DNA of 64,000 nucleotides from Mobula hypostoma (lineage: Eukaryota). The DNA is taken from assembly GCF_963921235.1 (NCBI RefSeq), contig NC_086108.1, positions 12,524,001-12,588,000 of the forward strand, given 5' to 3'. Below, one piece after another: positions 26,787 through 35,853 of this stretch. The translations under genes and the position numbers were made by a program. Every line of letters begins with the position of its first letter. The first letter of the stretch is position 1. The notes beneath the pieces are model-generated. The model worked only from the letters and a program-made list of their open reading frames with translations, did not search any database and was not told where the DNA came from.

Positions 26787-27647
26787 TGTTACGTACCCCG
26801 TAACTGGGTTGCCAAACCAGCAGAAATGGATCACTCAGTTGGAGTCTGGAGTACTAGAACTAAGAAAGTTTTATTAAAGAAACAAGCAACACATTAATCG
26901 AAAGGATAATAAATGCAACAATTCAACAATGATAACCACACATGTGCACAGAATTAAGATAACAGCATCAATCAAGCTCTATCGTTGTCTAGGGGTTAAA
27001 TGACCAATTTCAAAATGACTCAAAGTTCAGTCCAGTTTGTAGTTCAGTTCGCAGTAATCGTTGCCATGGCGGTGGACAACGTGGGGGAAGAGAGACATAG
27101 AATAGGAACAACTCATCATTCAGCACAGCTTCACTCACAGACCAGCGGGATGGCTCACAGACCAGCTTTTGGGCAGGTCCTTGGTGATGTCACCTGAGGT
27201 CACCGACTGTGACCCCTCCTCCAGATGCGGTCGATCCTCTGCAGTGAACCCGGCACCCAGGCAAGGGCGGACACACACCGGGTTCCCGCTGATCGTACCT
27301 TTCCACCCTTGTCGTTGTCTGGGACTTCTCACCCACTCGTGAGAAGCGCACCGCTTCCAGGGTCTCGTTACCTCGGGTGGCGTGTGTGTCTGTCTTAGCG
27401 AACCTGTCCCTTTTTATCCCCCTGCTGGGGTATCGCCTGTCCATCACTTCAAACAGTTCAGGGCTCAAAGGGGGGAGCCGCTCCAGACAGCTCTTCCTCC
27501 CACATCCCTTCATTACACATCTCCAGACGCTGCTCCATTGTTCCTTATCTCTCCTTCCCCTGAGGGCAGGTGGCAGACCAACTGCTGATGCCACTGATGC
27601 TAGCCCAGGCCAGCAAACATCTTAATTTTATGTGTATTCTCGTAACA
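26787..27647 (-). repeat. LTR 1 (861 bp; 3'-most LTR in element orientation)
   Basis: TG...CA ends with 7-bp inverted repeat. Minus-strand AATAAA at 26870-26875. TATA-like GATAAAAA near 27411-27418. Adjacent PPT. Confidence 0.95.
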
Positions 27648-27659
27648 CTTCCCCCCTTT
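27648..27659 (-). promoter_or_regulatory. Polypurine tract
   Basis: Minus strand AAAGGGGGGAAG directly abutting the TG start of the downstream LTR; present in all six units. Confidence 0.9.
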
Positions 27660-27819
27660 AAGGATTTTTACCGGGAGGTAAAAATTACAAACATGACTAC
27701 ATTATCTGATACATACACAATATACATCTTTAACAGTTATTTAGCTAATACAGAGAATTTGAAATTGTCAACACCTTGACAGACAGTCATCACATTTTCT
27801 GTTCCTTTTACACGTGTTA

Positions 27820-30705
27820 TTAATAATCCCTTAGACCAGGCTCCAACTCAGCAAACTTCATAGTGGCCAAAAACACTGATGAATTGCGACCAATGTAACC
27901 TCTCATTTGGTTTTGTCCCGGACCACAACAACAAGGGTCGTCCCATTCCGACTCAATTTTCTCTCGCAAGGGCTTAGTAGGAGGGGGACGGGTATTGACC
28001 GCAGAGTTATTGCAAAACTTCCTGCAGTACCCCACCATCTCCAAGAGCCTTCTGAGGGCCCTCTTGTCTGTCGGGGTTGGGAGGTCAGCGATAGCCTGCA
28101 CTGCAGCTTGCATCACTGCCAGCTGCCCCTGTGTCACCACAATTCCCAGGTAAGTGACTCTCGTGTGGCCGAATTCATTTTTTCCAAGGCTCACTATCAC
28201 GCTGGCTTCAGACAGCCGTGTTAAATTGCCAATACACACCTCTGTGTTCATCAGCCCTTTAGTCACTGAATTACTCAAAAAATATGGGTGTTGTTTGCTT
28301 GGCTGCCCTATTGTAACCGACATAACCCAACGTCCCAGTTCTTTGCATTTCCTCGGGACAATCAAACACATGGGTGCGAGTCGTTTAATTACTCCTTCGG
28401 GGATTAAGGGAGAGACCTTATCAGTAGACCTGGTCAAAACAATAGCCTTCTCCCATCTGACCGATCCCATCCTAATCTTTTCAAAATGGTTTTTTCCTCT
28501 TATCAAGGGGCCCCTAGCTTCATTGATTTCCACGCTAACACCGACTAGGTTCGTTAGCATATCAAAAGCCGGTGACCGTCTCAGTTCGCGTCGGTCATGA
28601 TCAATAACATTCTTCCCCCTGGGCAGCCGGTAAATCTCTTTCATGATTCCACCAACTGTTTCCTCCAGCACCGCAAAATGTCCACCGGGGGGTACCTCGT
28701 GGGCCATGTTAAAAACCTCATCCCCATAACTCTTTTGCACCACCCCCCACTCCTCATCTGCGGATGCTGTACTTGATTTCCCTTTCTTCCTTAGCACTTC
28801 CTCATCCGCACAATAGCCTACTAGTTCCCTTGTCAAGGCTGTGTCAGAGAGAGCTGTCTCGGCCAAAACCATCAGCCCCTCGTCTCGCTCCTGCGTCTGC
28901 ACAAATTCTTTCCTGGCTACTGCTACGTCCGTCCCAGCTCCCTCACTACCTCTTATCTCACTACACCCTGTCTCATACAAGGTTGGCAGAAATGTTTCAG
29001 CCAAATTCACCATCGCGGGCGGGGCCTCCATGCTGGCAGGCTGACCCGTCAATCTCACGACTGGGAACACGATTCCTCCGGCGATGTCATTACCGAGCAA
29101 GACTTCCACGTCTTTCATCGGTAATTCGGACCTCACCCCGATCGTGACTAGTCCAGAGACCAGGTTGCTCTGTAAATGTATCTGGTGCAAAGGGACTGAC
29201 TCTGTCCCTTCCCCAACACCTTTGACCTCTACCTCCCCAGTCTGGGTCTCTGAGCTAAACTCTAATACACTCTTCAGTATTAGTGACTGACACGCTCCCG
29301 TGTCTCTCCAGATCCGCACTGGAACTGGTTTTAACCTCTTTTTCACTGACACCAGTCCGGCCGAGATAAACCTCTCGCGCCCTTCCTGGACTTTTTCAGA
29401 CCTGTCCTTCCCTAGCGGTTCGCTTAACAGCTCAATACAGCCATTCCAAATTTCCGCTTTTCCTTTCCCCGTCTCCTTTCTTGGGGCAAAGCACCTGGAC
29501 GCAAAGTGTTCGACTTTCCCACAATTATAACAGACGACCCCAGGAGACCTCCTACCAGGCTGCTCCCGGTCTACCTTATCCTTTTCACTAGTCCCCGGCT
29601 TACTTTCTGACTTTTCCGGCGGACTCTCCCCGCCGTCCTGACTACCCTTCTGGTAGCCTTTACTCGGGGCAACCTTCATTTTATGCGTCAACGCATACTC
29701 ATCCGCTAACTTAGCAGTTGCGGCTAACGTGGCTGCCTCTTTCTCATCGAGGTAGGGTCTCATACCCTCAGGGACACAACCTTTAAACTGCTCAATCAGA
29801 ATCAGCTGCAGCAGTCTGTCATAATCCCCCTCTACCCCTTTCGAGGCGCACCAACGCTCACAATATGTTTGCATCTCACGAGCAAACTCCAAATACGTGC
29901 GGTCCCACCGCTTCCTCGCATTCCGGAACCTCTGCCGGTATGCCTCCGGGACCAACTCATAAATCCTGAGGATGGCCTCCTTCACCACCTCATACTTCTG
30001 GGCATCTTCCGCGGATAAGGCGGAGTAAGCTTGTTGGGCCTTCCCTTTCAGTACACACTGAAGTAAGACAACCCACTTATCCCTCGGCCATTCCTGACTT
30101 ATAGCTACTTTTTCGAAGTGGAGAAAGTACCGATCCACATCGGTATCGTCAAATGGGGGAACCAGCCTAACCTCCTGGGTCGCCCGGAACCCTCCACCTT
30201 GGTTCGGCACGAGCCCCTGCTCGGCCCTTATCTTTAACTTCTCCAGCTCAAATTCCCTTTCCCTCTGTCTCTCTTCTCTCTCCAACTGTCTGTCCCTCTC
30301 TCTCTCTTCTCTCTCCAACTGTCTTTCTCTCTCTTGCCTTTCTACCTCTTTCTCTCTCTCCCGCCTTTCTAACTCTCTCTCTTTCTCCTGCCTTTCTAAC
30401 TCTCTCTCTTTCTCCTGCCTTTCTAACTTTCGTACCCGGAACTCGTGCTCGAGTCTCAGTTTTTCAAGCTGTACCTGTACCGCGTCTCCAGCAGGTTTTT
30501 CAATAGACACCTCCCCCAGCTCACCTTGGGGAAACACACCTTTAGATACATAGTGCTCTACAATAGCTCTGTGTATCTCCTCTCTCCTCATTGTCGACTT
30601 CACCTTGGCAAGATTCACCCGTTTGGCCACAGCTATCAATTCCGATTTCCTGGCATCCTCTAATGCCTCCAAGGTCGGCGCCTTTATAAATTCCTCAACC
30701 TCCAT
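27820..30705 (-). CDS. Gag-protease polyprotein with vestigial IN/RT tail, unit 1 (961 aa; G-to-E change in CCHC knuckle)
   Basis: E/R coiled coil; capsid/SCAN-like PEAYRQRFR...LEQF-like...LADEY; CYNCGKVEHFASRC; protease RDTGA and LLGND; HEVPPGGH integrase-Zn remnant; KQHPY and YLGIVV...MVGYCRKF RT remnant. Confidence 0.9.
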   Translation of the reverse strand: MEVEEFIKAPTLEALEDARKSELIAVAKRVNLAKVKSTMRREEIHRAIVEHYVSKGVFPQGELGEVSIEKPAGDAVQVQLEKLRLEHEFRVRKLERQEKERELERQEKERELERREREKEVERQERERQLEREERERDRQLEREERQREREFELEKLKIRAEQGLVPNQGGGFRATQEVRLVPPFDDTDVDRYFLHFEKVAISQEWPRDKWVVLLQCVLKGKAQQAYSALSAEDAQKYEVVKEAILRIYELVPEAYRQRFRNARKRWDRTYLEFAREMQTYCERWCASKGVEGDYDRLLQLILIEQFKGCVPEGMRPYLDEKEAATLAATAKLADEYALTHKMKVAPSKGYQKGSQDGGESPPEKSESKPGTSEKDKVDREQPGRRSPGVVCYNCGKVEHFASRCFAPRKETGKGKAEIWNGCIELLSEPLGKDRSEKVQEGRERFISAGLVSVKKRLKPVPVRIWRDTGACQSLILKSVLEFSSETQTGEVEVKGVGEGTESVPLHQIHLQSNLVSGLVTIGVRSELPMKDVEVLLGNDIAGGIVFPVVRLTGQPASMEAPPAMVNLAETFLPTLYETGCSEIRGSEGAGTDVAVARKEFVQTQERDEGLMVLAETALSDTALTRELVGYCADEEVLRKKGKSSTASADEEWGVVQKSYGDEVFNMAHEVPPGGHFAVLEETVGGIMKEIYRLPRGKNVIDHDRRELRRSPAFDMLTNLVGVSVEINEARGPLIRGKNHFEKIRMGSVRWEKAIVLTRSTDKVSPLIPEGVIKRLAPMCLIVPRKCKELGRWVMSVTIGQPSKQHPYFLSNSVTKGLMNTEVCIGNLTRLSEASVIVSLGKNEFGHTRVTYLGIVVTQGQLAVMQAAVQAIADLPTPTDKRALRRLLEMVGYCRKFCNNSAVNTRPPPTKPLREKIESEWDDPCCCGPGQNQMRGYIGRNSSVFLATMKFAELEPGLRDY

Positions 30706-30781
30706 TTCTGCTGTTTGTCTTTTCTTTCTTTCGGGAATTTTAACCCAATCAATTTACTCCGTCCCAAATTTAGCGTTCAAA

Positions 30782-30799
30782 ATCCCGGACGAGCCCCCA
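30782..30799 (-). promoter_or_regulatory. Primer-binding site complementary to tRNA-Pro
   Basis: Minus strand TGGGGGCTCGTCCGGGAT is the 18-nt tRNA-Pro PBS (as used by MLV), 4 nt inside the LTR. Repeated at 34799-34816, 38816-38835 (2-nt insertion), 42862-42879, 46879-46896 and 50900-50917. Confidence 0.93.
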
Positions 30800-30803
30800 C
30801 TTA

Positions 30804-31664
30804 TGTTACGTACCCCGTAACTGGGTTGCCAAACCAGCAGAAATGGATCACTCAGTTGGAGTCTGGAGTACTAGAACTAAGAAAGTTTTATTAAAGAAAC
30901 AAGCAACACATTAATCGAAAGGATAATAAATGCAACAATTCAACAATGATAACCACACATGTGCACAGAATTAAGATAACAGCATCAATCAAGCTCTATC
31001 GTTGTCTAGGGGTTAAATGACCAATTTCAAAATGACTCAAAGTTCAGTCCAGTTTGTAGTTCAGTTCGCAGTAATCGTTGCCATGGCGGTGGACAACGTG
31101 GGGGAAGAGAGACATAGAATAGGAACAACTCATCATTCAGCACAGCTTCACTCACAGACCAGCGGGATGGCTCACAGACCAGCTTTTGGGCAGGTCCTTG
31201 GTGATGTCACCTGAGGTCACCGACTGTGACCCCTCCTCCAGATGCGGTCGATCCTCTGCAGTGAACCCGGCACCCAGGCAAGGGCGGACACACACCGGGT
31301 TCCCGCTGATCGTACCTTTCCACCCTTGTCGTTGTCTGGGACTTCTCACCCACTCGTGAGAAGCGCACCGCTTCCAGGGTCTCGTTACCTCGGGTGGCGT
31401 GTGTGTCTGTCTTAGCGAACCTGTCCCTTTTTATCCCCCTGCTGGGGTATCGCCTGTCCATCACTTCAAACAGTTCAGGGCTCAAAGGGGGGAGCCGCTC
31501 CAGACAGCTCTTCCTCCCACATCCCTTCATTACACATCTCCAGACGCTGCTCCATTGTTCCTTATCTCTCCTTCCCCTGAGGGCAGGTGGCAGACCAACT
31601 GCTGATGCCACTGATGCTAGCCCAGGCCAGCAAACATCTTAATTTTATGTGTATTCTCGTAACA
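30804..31664 (-). repeat. LTR 2 (shared between units)
   Basis: Same sequence as LTR 1; PBS on one side and PPT on the other. Confidence 0.95.
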
Positions 31665-31836
31665 CTTCCCCCCTTTAAGGATTTTTACCGGGAGGTAAAA
31701 ATTACAAACATGACTACATTATCTGATACATACACAATATACATCTTTAACAGTTATTTAGCTAATACAGAGAATTTGAAATTGTCAACACCTTGACAGA
31801 CAGTCATCACATTTTCTGTTCCTTTTACACGTGTTA

Positions 31837-34722
31837 TTAATAATCCCTTAGACCAGGCTCCAACTCAGCAAACTTCATAGTGGCCAAAAACACTGATGAA
31901 TTGCGACCAATGTAACCTCTCATTTGGTTTTGTCCCGGACCACAACAACAAGGGTCGTCCCATTCCGACTCAATTTTCTCTCGCAAGGGCTTAGTAGGAG
32001 GGGGACGGGTATTGACCGCAGAGTTATTGCAAAACTTCCTGCAGTACCCCACCATCTCCAAGAGCCTTCTGAGGGCCCTCTTGTCTGTCGGGGTTGGGAG
32101 GTCAGCGATAGCCTGCACTGCAGCTTGCATCACTGCCAGCTGCCCCTGTGTCACCACAATTCCCAGGTAAGTGACTCTCGTGTGGCCGAATTCATTTTTT
32201 CCAAGGCTCACTATCACGCTGGCTTCAGACAGCCGTGTTAAATTGCCAATACACACCTCTGTGTTCATCAGCCCTTTAGTCACTGAATTACTCAAAAAAT
32301 ATGGGTGTTGTTTGCTTGGCTGCCCTATTGTAACCGACATAACCCAACGTCCCAGTTCTTTGCATTTCCTCGGGACAATCAAACACATGGGTGCGAGTCG
32401 TTTAATTACTCCTTCGGGGATTAAGGGAGAGACCTTATCAGTAGACCTGGTCAAAACAATAGCCTTCTCCCATCTGACCGATCCCATCCTAATCTTTTCA
32501 AAATGGTTTTTTCCTCTTATCAAGGGGCCCCTAGCTTCATTGATTTCCACGCTAACACCGACTAGGTTCGTTAGCATATCAAAAGCCGGTGACCGTCTCA
32601 GTTCGCGTCGGTCATGATCAATAACATTCTTCCCCCTGGGCAGCCGGTAAATCTCTTTCATGATTCCACCAACTGTTTCCTCCAGCACCGCAAAATGTCC
32701 ACCGGGGGGTACCTCGTGGGCCATGTTAAAAACCTCATCCCCATAACTCTTTTGCACCACCCCCCACTCCTCATCTGCGGATGCTGTACTTGATTTCCCT
32801 TTCTTCCTTAGCACTTCCTCATCCGCACAATAGCCTACTAGTTCCCTTGTCAAGGCTGTGTCAGAGAGAGCTGTCTCGGCCAAAACCATCAGCCCCTCGT
32901 CTCGCTCCTGCGTCTGCACAAATTCTTTCCTGGCTACTGCTACGTCCGTCCCAGCTCCCTCACTACCTCTTATCTCACTACACCCTGTCTCATACAAGGT
33001 TGGCAGAAATGTTTCAGCCAAATTCACCATCGCGGGCGGGGCCTCCATGCTGGCAGGCTGACCCGTCAATCTCACGACTGGGAACACGATTCCTCCGGCG
33101 ATGTCATTACCGAGCAAGACTTCCACGTCTTTCATCGGTAATTCGGACCTCACCCCGATCGTGACTAGTCCAGAGACCAGGTTGCTCTGTAAATGTATCT
33201 GGTGCAAAGGGACTGACTCTGTCCCTTCCCCAACACCTTTGACCTCTACCTCCCCAGTCTGGGTCTCTGAGCTAAACTCTAATACACTCTTCAGTATTAG
33301 TGACTGACACGCTCCCGTGTCTCTCCAGATCCGCACTGGAACTGGTTTTAACCTCTTTTTCACTGACACCAGTCCGGCCGAGATAAACCTCTCGCGCCCT
33401 TCCTGGACTTTTTCAGACCTGTCCTTCCCTAGCGGTTCGCTTAACAGCTCAATACAGCCATTCCAAATTTCCGCTTTTCCTTTCCCCGTCTCCTTTCTTG
33501 GGGCAAAGCACCTGGACGCAAAGTGTCCGACTTTCCCACAATTATAACAGACGACCCCAGGAGACCTCCTACCAGGCTGCTCCCGGTCTACCTTATCCTT
33601 TTCACTAGTCCCCGGCTTACTTTCTGACTTTTCCGGCGGACTCTCCCCGCCGTCCTGACTACCCTTCTGGTAGCCTTTACTCGGGGCAACCTTCATTTTA
33701 TGCGTCAACGCATACTCATCCGCTAACTTAGCAGTTGCGGCTAACGTGGCTGCCTCTTTCTCATCGAGGTAGGGTCTCATACCCTCAGGGACACAACCTT
33801 TAAACTGCTCAATCAGAATCAGCTGCAGCAGTCTGTCATAATCCCCCTCTACCCCTTTCGAGGCGCACCAACGCTCACAATATGTTTGCATCTCACGAGC
33901 AAACTCCAAATACGTGCGGTCCCACCGCTTCCTCGCATTCCGGAACCTCTGCCGGTATGCCTCCGGGACCAACTCATAAATCCTGAGGATGGCCTCCTTC
34001 ACCACCTCATACTTCTGGGCATCTTCCGCGGATAAGGCGGAGTAAGCTTGTTGGGCCTTCCCTTTCAGTACACACTGAAGTAAGACAACCCACTTATCCC
34101 TCGGCCATTCCTGACTTATAGCTACTTTTTCGAAGTGGAGAAAGTACCGATCCACATCGGTATCGTCAAATGGGGGAACCAGCCTAACCTCCTGGGTCGC
34201 CCGGAACCCTCCACCTTGGTTCGGCACGAGCCCCTGCTCGGCCCTTATCTTTAACTTCTCCAGCTCAAATTCCCTTTCCCTCTGTCTCTCTTCTCTCTCC
34301 AACTGTCTGTCCCTCTCTCTCTCTTCTCTCTCCAACTGTCTTTCTCTCTCTTGCCTTTCTACCTCTTTCTCTCTCTCCCGCCTTTCTAACTCTCTCTCTT
34401 TCTCCTGCCTTTCTAACTCTCTCTCTTTCTCCTGCCTTTCTAACTTTCGTACCCGGAACTCGTGCTCGAGTCTCAGTTTTTCAAGCTGTACCTGTACCGC
34501 GTCTCCAGCAGGTTTTTCAATAGACACCTCCCCCAGCTCACCTTGGGGAAACACACCTTTAGATACATAGTGCTCTACAATAGCTCTGTGTATCTCCTCT
34601 CTCCTCATTGTCGACTTCACCTTGGCAAGATTCACCCGTTTGGCCACAGCTATCAATTCCGATTTCCTGGCATCCTCTAATGCCTCCAAGGTCGGCGCCT
34701 TTATAAATTCCTCAACCTCCAT
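31837..34722 (-). CDS. Gag-protease polyprotein with vestigial IN/RT tail, unit 2 (961 aa, consensus)
   Basis: Same ORF with canonical CYNCGKVGHFASRC knuckle. Confidence 0.9.
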   Translation of the reverse strand: MEVEEFIKAPTLEALEDARKSELIAVAKRVNLAKVKSTMRREEIHRAIVEHYVSKGVFPQGELGEVSIEKPAGDAVQVQLEKLRLEHEFRVRKLERQEKERELERQEKERELERREREKEVERQERERQLEREERERDRQLEREERQREREFELEKLKIRAEQGLVPNQGGGFRATQEVRLVPPFDDTDVDRYFLHFEKVAISQEWPRDKWVVLLQCVLKGKAQQAYSALSAEDAQKYEVVKEAILRIYELVPEAYRQRFRNARKRWDRTYLEFAREMQTYCERWCASKGVEGDYDRLLQLILIEQFKGCVPEGMRPYLDEKEAATLAATAKLADEYALTHKMKVAPSKGYQKGSQDGGESPPEKSESKPGTSEKDKVDREQPGRRSPGVVCYNCGKVGHFASRCFAPRKETGKGKAEIWNGCIELLSEPLGKDRSEKVQEGRERFISAGLVSVKKRLKPVPVRIWRDTGACQSLILKSVLEFSSETQTGEVEVKGVGEGTESVPLHQIHLQSNLVSGLVTIGVRSELPMKDVEVLLGNDIAGGIVFPVVRLTGQPASMEAPPAMVNLAETFLPTLYETGCSEIRGSEGAGTDVAVARKEFVQTQERDEGLMVLAETALSDTALTRELVGYCADEEVLRKKGKSSTASADEEWGVVQKSYGDEVFNMAHEVPPGGHFAVLEETVGGIMKEIYRLPRGKNVIDHDRRELRRSPAFDMLTNLVGVSVEINEARGPLIRGKNHFEKIRMGSVRWEKAIVLTRSTDKVSPLIPEGVIKRLAPMCLIVPRKCKELGRWVMSVTIGQPSKQHPYFLSNSVTKGLMNTEVCIGNLTRLSEASVIVSLGKNEFGHTRVTYLGIVVTQGQLAVMQAAVQAIADLPTPTDKRALRRLLEMVGYCRKFCNNSAVNTRPPPTKPLREKIESEWDDPCCCGPGQNQMRGYIGRNSSVFLATMKFAELEPGLRDY

Positions 34723-34820
34723 TTCTGCTGTTTGTCTTTTCTTTCTTTCGGGAATTTTAACCCAATCAATTTACTCCGTCCCAAATTTAGCGTTCAAAAT
34801 CCCGGACGAGCCCCCACTTA

Positions 34821-35681
34821 TGTTACGTACCCCGTAACTGGGTTGCCAAACCAGCAGAAATGGATCACTCAGTTGGAGTCTGGAGTACTAGAACTAAGAA
34901 AGTTTTATTAAAGAAACAAGCAACACATTAATCGAAAGGATAATAAATGCAACAATTCAACAATGATAACCACACATGTGCACAGAATTAAGATAACAGC
35001 ATCAATCAAGCTCTATCGTTGTCTAGGGGTTAAATGACCAATTTCAAAATGACTCAAAGTTCAGTCCAGTTTGTAGTTCAGTTCGCAGTAATCGTTGCCA
35101 TGGCGGTGGACAACGTGGGGGAAGAGAGACATAGAATAGGAACAACTCATCATTCAGCACAGCTTCACTCACAGACCAGCGGGATGGCTCACAGACCAGC
35201 TTTTGGGCAGGTCCTTGGTGATGTCACCTGAGGTCACCGACTGTGACCCCTCCTCCAGATGCGGTCGATCCTCTGCAGTGAACCCGGCACCCAGGCAAGG
35301 GCGGACACACACCGGGTTCCCGCTGATCGTACCTTTCCACCCTTGTCGTTGTCTGGGACTTCTCACCCACTCGTGAGAAGCGCACCGCTTCCAGGGTCTC
35401 GTTACCTCGGGTGGCGTGTGTGTCTGTCTTAGCGAACCTGTCCCTTTTTATCCCCCTGCTGGGGTATCGCCTGTCCATCACTTCAAACAGTTCAGGGCTC
35501 AAAGGGGGGAGCCGCTCCAGACAGCTCTTCCTCCCACATCCCTTCATTACACATCTCCAGACGCTGCTCCATTGTTCCTTATCTCTCCTTCCCCTGAGGG
35601 CAGGTGGCAGACCAACTGCTGATGCCACTGATGCTAGCCCAGGCCAGCAAACATCTTAATTTTATGTGTATTCTCGTAACA
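34821..35681 (-). repeat. LTR 3 (shared)
   Basis: Same sequence as LTR 1; identical ORF-track peptides. Confidence 0.95.
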
Positions 35682-35853
35682 CTTCCCCCCTTTAAGGATT
35701 TTTACCGGGAGGTAAAAATTACAAACATGACTACATTATCTGATACATACACAATATACATCTTTAACAGTTATTTAGCTAATACAGAGAATTTGAAATT
35801 GTCAACACCTTGACAGACAGTCATCACATTTTCTGTTCCTTTTACACGTGTTA

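Noticed and set aside
27000..27779. Small ORFs in the LTR and antisense to gag, repeated in every unit
   Set aside because: They recur only because the DNA is duplicated; no recognisable domains.
30775..30799. tRNA-Pro gene
   Set aside because: Only the 3' ~24 nt including CCA are present; this is a PBS.
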